Origin: Anaerolineales bacterium
GTDB taxonomy: Bacteria > Chloroflexota > Anaerolineae > Anaerolineales > E44-bin32
NCBI GenBank assembly: GCA_034430595.1
Contig: DAOUEL010000011.1
Coordinates: 68,463 to 132,462 of the forward strand
DNA length: 64,000 nt
Reading direction: 5' to 3'
How positions within the stretch are numbered: position 1 is the stretch's first letter; every line of letters starts with the position of its first letter. The position numbers and the translations under genes are program-made. The notes beneath the pieces were generated by a model. It saw only the letters and a program-made list of their open reading frames with translations. It did not search any database and was not told the origin of the DNA. Shown one piece after another: positions 58,186 to 64,000 of this stretch.

Positions 58186-59472
58186 TTATGCCGAACGAGG
58201 GACAAGACCTGCGTAGAGTTCCAGGATTTGATCCGTAATTACTTTCCAATCAAAGCTTCCAGCATAATCGGCAGCATTCTTCCCAATCCGAATCCGGAGC
58301 TCTTCATCACCCAGAAGCAAAGCAAGTTTTTCAGCCAGAACTGCAGAATTACCAGCTGGAACATGGAAGCCAGTCTCACCATCTTTGATCAGGAACGCCA
58401 GGCCGCCGGTCTCGGACGCAACAACGGGCGTGCCACACGCCATCGCCTCCAGCGCAACCAACCCAAATGATTCGTACTCTGATGGAACAACGACAACGTC
58501 AGAGGCTGAGTAGTAATAAGGCAGACTGTCCTGGTCCTGTTTGCCAAGGAAACGAACGACATCGCCGAGCTGATAGTTTTGTGCCAAGGATCGTAAGCGC
58601 GCCATTTCCGCATCCATTGTTTCAGGACTGGTTTCGGCATCGCCGCCGATGATCGCCAGGCAAACACCATCCTTTCGGATCAAACCTTCAGCCAATAGCT
58701 GGCGGAACGCATCCAGGAGTACGTCGATTCCCTTCAAGGGTTCAATACGACCGACGAATAACACCATCTGGCGTTCGTCCGGTATGCCTACGAATTCCTT
58801 CGCTTCATCCTTTGCGATCGGATAAAAACGGGATGTGTCGACTCCGGGCGGAATAACCACTACCCGTTCGGTGCCGGTTTGATACAGCCACTGGAATTGA
58901 GCAACTTCGGCTTGAGTCGAGGCCACGATGCGGTCGGCATCATGTAGTAAGCGGATTTCAGCCTGCATACGTTCATCCGGCTCCGTTTGTTCCCCTTCCC
59001 GAGCGACACGGTTTTTCATGGCAGCCAGCGTGTGGAACATCTGAATCATGGGAATCTGCCAGTCCTCCCGCAGCTGCAGGGCAGCCAATCCAGAGAGCCA
59101 ATAATGGGCATGAAGAATATCGTAATGTTCCCCCTTCGCTTCAGCAAATTCGCGGACATTGGAGACAAATTCAGGCAACATACGTACCAGATCCTGCTTC
59201 GCCAAAGGTATTTCCGGCCCAGCCGGAATATGCACAATCCGATTGCCGTACCCGAGGTCATGAAGGACATGGGGCACATGCTCATCTTGAGACCGGGTGA
59301 AGACATCTACCCCGACGCCACGCCGGCCCAGCTCGCGGGTCAGGTCGCGCACATACACATTCATTCCACCGGTGTCCTTACCACCCAGTGTTGCCAGGGG
59401 ACAGGTATGGAAGGAGATCATCGCGATGCGCATGCTTTGATTATCGTTCACCGCCATCGTATTGCCAAGCAT
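58186..59472 (-). CDS. GT4 (GT-B) glycosyltransferase, MshA-like
   Basis: MRIAMISFHTCPLATLGGKDTGGMNVYVRDLTRELGRRG closely follows the MshA-type N-terminus. C-terminal PSEYESFGLVALEAMACGTPVV (EX7E). Start ambiguous: 59472 or internal ATG 59433. Confidence 0.88.
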   Translation of the reverse strand: MLGNTMAVNDNQSMRIAMISFHTCPLATLGGKDTGGMNVYVRDLTRELGRRGVGVDVFTRSQDEHVPHVLHDLGYGNRIVHIPAGPEIPLAKQDLVRMLPEFVSNVREFAEAKGEHYDILHAHYWLSGLAALQLREDWQIPMIQMFHTLAAMKNRVAREGEQTEPDERMQAEIRLLHDADRIVASTQAEVAQFQWLYQTGTERVVVIPPGVDTSRFYPIAKDEAKEFVGIPDERQMVLFVGRIEPLKGIDVLLDAFRQLLAEGLIRKDGVCLAIIGGDAETSPETMDAEMARLRSLAQNYQLGDVVRFLGKQDQDSLPYYYSASDVVVVPSEYESFGLVALEAMACGTPVVASETGGLAFLIKDGETGFHVPAGNSAVLAEKLALLLGDEELRIRIGKNAADYAGSFDWKVITDQILELYAGLVPRSA

Positions 59473-59503
59473 AACCGACGGCTGGTATAATCCCAGCCCT
59501 CAG

Positions 59504-59576
59504 GCCAGCGTAGCTCAGCCGGCAGAGCAATCGCTTCGTAAGCGATGGGTCAGGGGTTCGATTCCCCTCGCTGGCT
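59504..59576 (+). tRNA. tRNA-Thr (anticodon CGT)
   Basis: Manual cloverleaf: acceptor GCCAGCG/CGCTGGC, D arm GCTC-AGCCGGCA-GAGC, anticodon arm ATCGC-TTCGTAA-GCGAT, variable loop GGGTC, T arm AGGGG-TTCGATT-CCCCT, discriminator T. 73 nt. Confidence 0.9.
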
Positions 59577-59703
59577 CTGGAAAAGTTTATGGCTGCACAT
59601 GCTATAATTTAATTAATGAGCTTGTGATCGGCCGTAACAAAGCATTTCCAGAACCTCTTCGGTGGGTTGAAATCCGAAGACGCCTATGGACTAGAAAGAA
59701 GGA

Positions 59704-60599
59704 ATGTCCATGTCGTCGGAGCTGAAGTTTCAACCCGCCGTTTCATTTAAGGATCTCTTCTCAGACTTTATTGAGTCTCGATTATCGAAGGGCGTTTCCC
59801 CGCATACGATCAATTACCACAGATATTCGAGCAAGCGGTTTTCAGAATGGTGCGATACTAGAGGGGTTTCTCCAGCGACTCTCCAAAGGCACAATGTACG
59901 TGCCTACTTGAGTGAATTGAAGCTTAGAAATCTCTCCCCACACACAATCCACGGGCATTTCAGAGCGATAAGGACCATGATGCGGTTTGCCCAAAAGGAG
60001 TACAGAATTCCCCTGATAGATTTCGATGGGCTTGCGCCTGTCCTGACCAAGCCTCGGGTAGGCGCCGTACGACCCGAAGCCTTCAAGACGGCCTTGGAAG
60101 CCACGGAGACACTTAGAGACCAGGTGTTATTGACTGTGTGTTGTATGAAAGCGGAATTCGACGCGCAGAAGCAGTTTCCTTGAATTGGGGAGATCTAGAT
60201 CTTAGTGATACTGTAGTGGAAGTGACTATAAGGAAAGGAAAAGGGGGGAAGGATCGCACGACTTTCATTCGATCGAAGGACTTGATTCTTGATTACCGAA
60301 AGACCGTGGCGCACGATGCGTACTCGCCGTTATTTGTCTCTCAAACTAGCGGGAGGCGATTGACAACATGGGGGATTGGACAAGCATTGGAGCGCATTTC
60401 GAAGGCTGCAGGAGTTAAAATACGAGCTCATGACCTTCGTCGGGGATTTGCTGGCCTACATCGGAAAATGGGGATGTTCGACTTGAAAGAACTTCTCGGT
60501 CATGAGGACATCACAACCACCCAGATTTACGTTCAATCTTGCAAAGAAGATCTGAAGCAAAGTTATAAAGATAGCTTCACGAGACCGTCAAACTCCTAG
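59704..60599 (+). pseudogene. Tyrosine recombinase/phage integrase, split by a frameshift near 60135-60142
   Basis: ORF 59704..60183 carries the N-terminal SAM-like domain and ends RDQVLLTVCCMK.... ORF 60138..60599 continues in another frame with LYESGIRRAEAVSLNWGDLD, AHDLRRGFA and LLGHEDITTTQIYVQ (catalytic Tyr box). The junction falls in a gtgtgt run. Confidence 0.8.
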
Positions 60600-60627
60600 T
60601 TGTAAGTATCTGCAATCAACCAAGAAA

Positions 60628-60681
60628 GAACAGTTGTTCACTCATGACCGAACTCCTTCAAGCCGGAGTGAACAACGGTTC
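60628..60681. repeat. 16-bp imperfect inverted repeat (1 mismatch) with a 22-nt spacer, between the integrase and res genes
   Basis: GAACAGTTGTTCACTC ...22 nt... GAGTGAACAACGGTTC. Confidence 0.7.
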
Positions 60682-60926
60682 TCAATCCAGCATAATAATT
60701 GCTAATTAAGTATGTAAGCGTCTGGTTCAGAGAAGGCGGAAAAAGGATAATTCTTGAATTGGGGAGTGGGAGCGTACCCAAGAACGATCGACCTCAATCT
60801 CATACCATAGGCCTTTTGGTGCGTACGATCGTTCCGAATTAAGAGATATATATTATTAGCATACAAAGTTATCTCGATCTGAGAATGAGTATGAAAATAG
60901 CTTAGTAAACACCTACCTGTAACAAG

Positions 60927-63617
60927 TTAGATTTCCTCTTTGTATTCCATAAACCCCTCCATTAATTGCCGGAAGGAAGCAGGTTTGAATTTCTCAAAGC
61001 CTTCTTCGTCAACATAGACAAAGTCAAACTCGACAGCTCTTTGAACCTGGTTGATGTCTTCGCACCATTGGCGTAGCCGCCCCATCTTTAGTGGTACATC
61101 CAAATCCTCAATACCTTTGGTTTCGACAATAACGATCTGCTTTTCGGACAGTTTGACAAAGAAGTCAGGGTAATAGTTAGATATGTCGCCATCGGCATTA
61201 ATGTAATCAAGTTTGAAATGGACTGCAAAGTAGTTCTTAGCAAACGAGACTACATCGTCGCATCCTTCCAGAAAGTTGGCAAACTGCAGTTCAAGGTGGC
61301 TGTCTCCAATGATGCGATTAAAGACACTTTTCTTGGGAACAATATATCCTTGATCCTTGGCGACAAAAGGCCGAGTCTGGCGCAGCTTGATCGTATCCCG
61401 GATTTCAGCATCGCCCTTATCGCGAATGGTTAGCTCGTTGATTGCTTTCTTGAATGTCTCAATTAAGGTTTTCGTAGCGGGCAGTTCTGAGAGGTTTCGT
61501 AATGTGTTTGGGTCTTCCAGCTCGACCGAGCGGTCAAATAACTCCTCCTGCACAAATTTCTTTACTTTGCCGTAAAGAATGTCATAACCGCTCACCAGGC
61601 GAAGATCCCTCATGATGCTCTGCGTGAAGTAGCCGATCACGCTGCGGTAATCTGCAACACCTGCCGTATCTAGAATCGTAGTGTGCGTAATCTCACCTGA
61701 AGCGATGTCTTTGAAAACGATCTCCCGCTGCTCCTCCTCAGTAAACTGGAGGAATATCAATCGCTGATGATCCATCGCTCCAATGTCTAGATCGCTCAGG
61801 CTTTTATATTCACGATAAACACGTGGTGTTAGAACCGGGATCTCAATGTCCAGTGCGTCGATGTCCTTCTTAACGTTTTCCGTGTCGACTTCCACAACCA
61901 GCGGCGTCTTAGGCTCCGTTCCTTCACCCATTGCCTTGCGCTCAAGTATCACGCCCTCCGCCTGGATCGATTCGACAAAGTCCATAAAGGCGTCTGTTCC
62001 AACAACACTGACAAACTCTGGTACATCTTGGTCGGGGTACATCCGGCGTAAACCCCTTCCTAAAGTCTGTTCGGGAAGGATGTTGCTCTTGGACGAGTAG
62101 GCGCGCAACCCGACAATCGTGGTGACGTTCCGTACATCCCACCCCTCTTTCAACATCATCACAGAAACGATCGCCTTGAATGGACTCTCCATACTGTCAA
62201 TTTCATTCGCCTGCTTACGCAGATTGTCTAACACGTCTTTGGCTTTTCCGGACTGCGCTTCGGAAATTTCGCCGTTGTTCTTGGTGTGAATGACCAATAC
62301 TGCGTCCTTCAGCTCTGGGTAGTACCCCTCAAGATACTCAGCCACATCATCGCAGTTACGCGTGTCGTCGGTCATTACGAATAGGATTGCCTTCTTTCCC
62401 ATCTTCTCATGCTCAGAATAGGCCTTGCGCCACTCGATCACTCCCAGATGAATATAATCGGCGTACTTCTCAGTGAATTTAGCGCTCTGCCCTTCATTCA
62501 ATTTTGCACGGCTGGCAGGATCGGGTAAAACGGGATGCTTCACAACGTTTTGAGAAATGGCTTCCACGAGTGGGTAATCGGTCACGGTCTGCACGAATAT
62601 GGCCCCATTGTCGTGCTTGGGTGTGGCCGTCGTGTCCACCTGCATAGAAAGGGCAGCTCCCTTCTGTTTCAGCCGGTTGTGGATGTCTTCGATAGATTTA
62701 AACCAGGCCATGCGTGGATCGTGAATATGGTGCGCCTCGTCATTCAACACCATCAGTTCGTCAATATCCCGGACGATCATCCCTAGATCCACCTTGGGAT
62801 CAGTAGTCGCACCTGTGGGTCGTTTGCCAAGGAAATAATCCATGGTGTTTGTGTCTTCCGGCGAAGCCGGAATATCGTCACTCGAATATACCCGGTGTAT
62901 ATTGGTGAGAAAGATATTTCCGGTTGTGCGTGTCACACGCACTACATCTTGAACATGCAGCGTCAATTGAAAATCATCGCGCCAGTTTCGTCCGTCCACT
63001 CCATTGTCCGGGATTACCGGGTCATCAAAGAAAATCCGCAGTCCTTGGAAGTCTTTATAGATGCGGTCGAGTACGATGATGTTGGGCGTAATGACCAGAA
63101 AATTGCGCGCCAGATCCGAATCCGACTCGTAGAGCTTGTGGTAGAAACTCCAGGCCAGCGCCAGGCTAATGATTTTTGTCTTGCCGCTCCCCGTGGCCAT
63201 CTTCACCACAAACCGTCGCCAGGTCTCGTTGAACATGCCTCCTGAGACAAGGCCGCTTGAATCAAAACGCATCAGATCGTGTTTATCCTGAACACCCACC
63301 ACATCATAGAGATAGATAATGGTTTCCAGTGCCTCTCGCTGGGCGAAGTAGTATTGGAATTCTGACTGATTACCATCTGCTTGCTCCCGAAAGTGTCGCG
63401 TGTTGAACCACCAGTTGAGCAGACTTTTACTGGTATCCGCTGCTCCTACATATCCGCTACCTCGGAATTCCTTTACCTTCTTCCTTAGCTCTGCTACAAG
63501 GGGCGGCATGAGTTTTTCCATGCTGCTTTCTCGCAAAGCTTCATCAGCAGGGAACCAGCGAATCCCCGGATCGAGAATCGCGTACGGTGATTGGGGAAAA
63601 TCTTTATGCAGCGCCAT
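60927..63617 (-). CDS. Type III-like restriction enzyme Res subunit (SF2 helicase + C-terminal PD-(D/E)xK-like nuclease)
   Basis: Walker A KMATGSGKTKI, DEAH box LNDEAHHI, helicase C-terminal motifs, and a C-terminal YYPDFFVKLSEKQIVIVETKG. The start overlaps the upstream stop (TAATG). Confidence 0.85.
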   Translation of the reverse strand: MALHKDFPQSPYAILDPGIRWFPADEALRESSMEKLMPPLVAELRKKVKEFRGSGYVGAADTSKSLLNWWFNTRHFREQADGNQSEFQYYFAQREALETIIYLYDVVGVQDKHDLMRFDSSGLVSGGMFNETWRRFVVKMATGSGKTKIISLALAWSFYHKLYESDSDLARNFLVITPNIIVLDRIYKDFQGLRIFFDDPVIPDNGVDGRNWRDDFQLTLHVQDVVRVTRTTGNIFLTNIHRVYSSDDIPASPEDTNTMDYFLGKRPTGATTDPKVDLGMIVRDIDELMVLNDEAHHIHDPRMAWFKSIEDIHNRLKQKGAALSMQVDTTATPKHDNGAIFVQTVTDYPLVEAISQNVVKHPVLPDPASRAKLNEGQSAKFTEKYADYIHLGVIEWRKAYSEHEKMGKKAILFVMTDDTRNCDDVAEYLEGYYPELKDAVLVIHTKNNGEISEAQSGKAKDVLDNLRKQANEIDSMESPFKAIVSVMMLKEGWDVRNVTTIVGLRAYSSKSNILPEQTLGRGLRRMYPDQDVPEFVSVVGTDAFMDFVESIQAEGVILERKAMGEGTEPKTPLVVEVDTENVKKDIDALDIEIPVLTPRVYREYKSLSDLDIGAMDHQRLIFLQFTEEEQREIVFKDIASGEITHTTILDTAGVADYRSVIGYFTQSIMRDLRLVSGYDILYGKVKKFVQEELFDRSVELEDPNTLRNLSELPATKTLIETFKKAINELTIRDKGDAEIRDTIKLRQTRPFVAKDQGYIVPKKSVFNRIIGDSHLELQFANFLEGCDDVVSFAKNYFAVHFKLDYINADGDISNYYPDFFVKLSEKQIVIVETKGIEDLDVPLKMGRLRQWCEDINQVQRAVEFDFVYVDEEGFEKFKPASFRQLMEGFMEYKEEI

Positions 63618-64000
63618 TATTTCTTCCCCCCATTCTTCCCTACGTTCACTTCTACGATTGTCATAGTGTCATTTCCAAATATGTCCACCACCTTCACCGC
63701 GAGTTTGCGTCGGCCAGGCGTACATTCATGGAAGACACTTTTGAGTTCGAGTGAGCGATCCTGCTTTGTACGGAAGCTCTGCCACTCATTCTCGAAGATG
63801 TAATCCCCGGTCCAGTGTTCTTCCCATTCTCCAATTTCATCATTTTTCACCCGGATGATCTCACGCTTGCTCTCGAAGTTGAAATCCACCGCCCAGTAAT
63901 CAATCCAATCCGTCCAAGTCTTTGTCAGCACTTCACGTGTGACAATCCCGTCCTTGTCCTTACTCACCTTAACGATCTGCCCTTTCTCGGCCACCATCCG
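63617..64000 (-). CDS. C-terminal part of a site-specific DNA methyltransferase (Mod-like); 5' end beyond the window
   Basis: The frame stays open through 64000. The tail ...RRKLAVKVVDIFGNDTMTIVEVNV resembles the conserved C-terminus of N6/N4 DNA methylases that pair with Res-type helicases. Translationally coupled to res. Confidence 0.6.
   Translation of the reverse strand, partial: RMVAEKGQIVKVSKDKDGIVTREVLTKTWTDWIDYWAVDFNFESKREIIRVKNDEIGEWEEHWTGDYIFENEWQSFRTKQDRSLELKSVFHECTPGRRKLAVKVVDIFGNDTMTIVEVNVGKNGGKK

Larger units (their letters stand above)
59577..64000. mobile_element. Probable integrative genomic island inserted next to tRNA-Thr (distal end beyond the window)
   Basis: An integrase gene lies 128 nt after the tRNA 3' end. 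G+C drops visibly by eye (not computed). The cargo is a restriction-modification pair. No second att copy was found inside the window. Confidence 0.55.

Noticed and set aside
60178-60191. A 14-nt direct repeat cttgaattggggag (second copy at 60754..60767), considered as possible att or island-boundary repeats.
   Set aside because: Several exact 14-mers repeated by chance are expected in 64 kb (rough estimate, order of a few). One copy lies inside the integrase coding sequence, and neither matches the tRNA-Thr 3' end.

Overview
This is a 64-kb, gene-dense bacterial chromosome segment. It is G+C-rich by eye, and the last ~4.4 kb is visibly more AT-rich. All calls come from reading the supplied ORF translations and the DNA for motifs. 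No homology search, HMM or folding program was run. The protein repertoire suggests an anaerobic Chloroflexota/Anaerolineae-like organism, but that is inference only.

Layout:
- 1-15.2 kb: housekeeping and envelope genes. These include a lipid kinase, a Ser/Thr kinase, ftsH, an acyl-CoA ligase, an aminotransferase, an orphan GAF-PAS kinase with a CpXC protein, an rlmI-like gene, ligA, an acyltransferase and a GT2.
- 15.4-21.0 kb: a self-contained five-gene plus-strand operon, which I consider the most interesting candidate. It encodes a zinc-ribbon membrane protein, then a DUF2207-like membrane protein ending in a cytoplasmic (Cys-Ala)n tail. The tail protein's stop codon overlaps the start of a radical SAM/SPASM enzyme with an N-terminal PqqD-like recognition domain. 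A paralog of that enzyme that has lost every Fe-S cysteine follows, and then a SAM methyltransferase.
- 21.1-22.9 kb: fhs.
- 23.2-47.9 kb: a ~25-kb co-directional block. It starts with an OmpR-type two-component pair. It then contains two paralogous signalling triads (Cache-HAMP kinase, REC-kinase hybrid, stand-alone REC). One triad precedes an EtfAB cluster flanked by soluble and membrane HdrD-like Fe-S oxidoreductases. The other precedes an hdrCBA-mvhDGA [NiFe]-hydrogenase cluster with its maturation protease. Each redox cluster ends with a stand-alone cNMP-binding-domain protein.
- 48-59.5 kb: a HAD hydrolase, tRNA-Arg, envelope genes (LCP and a TPR/Thr-Pro-rich protein), pckA, an aminotransferase, a Cys-rich Fe-S protein, zinc-ribbon proteins, and an MshA-like GT4 with a HAD-IIA phosphatase.
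- 59.5-64 kb: tRNA-Thr followed by a frameshifted tyrosine integrase and a type III-like restriction-modification pair in lower-GC DNA. This looks like a genomic island that continues past the window.

No CRISPR array, rRNA or transposase was seen.
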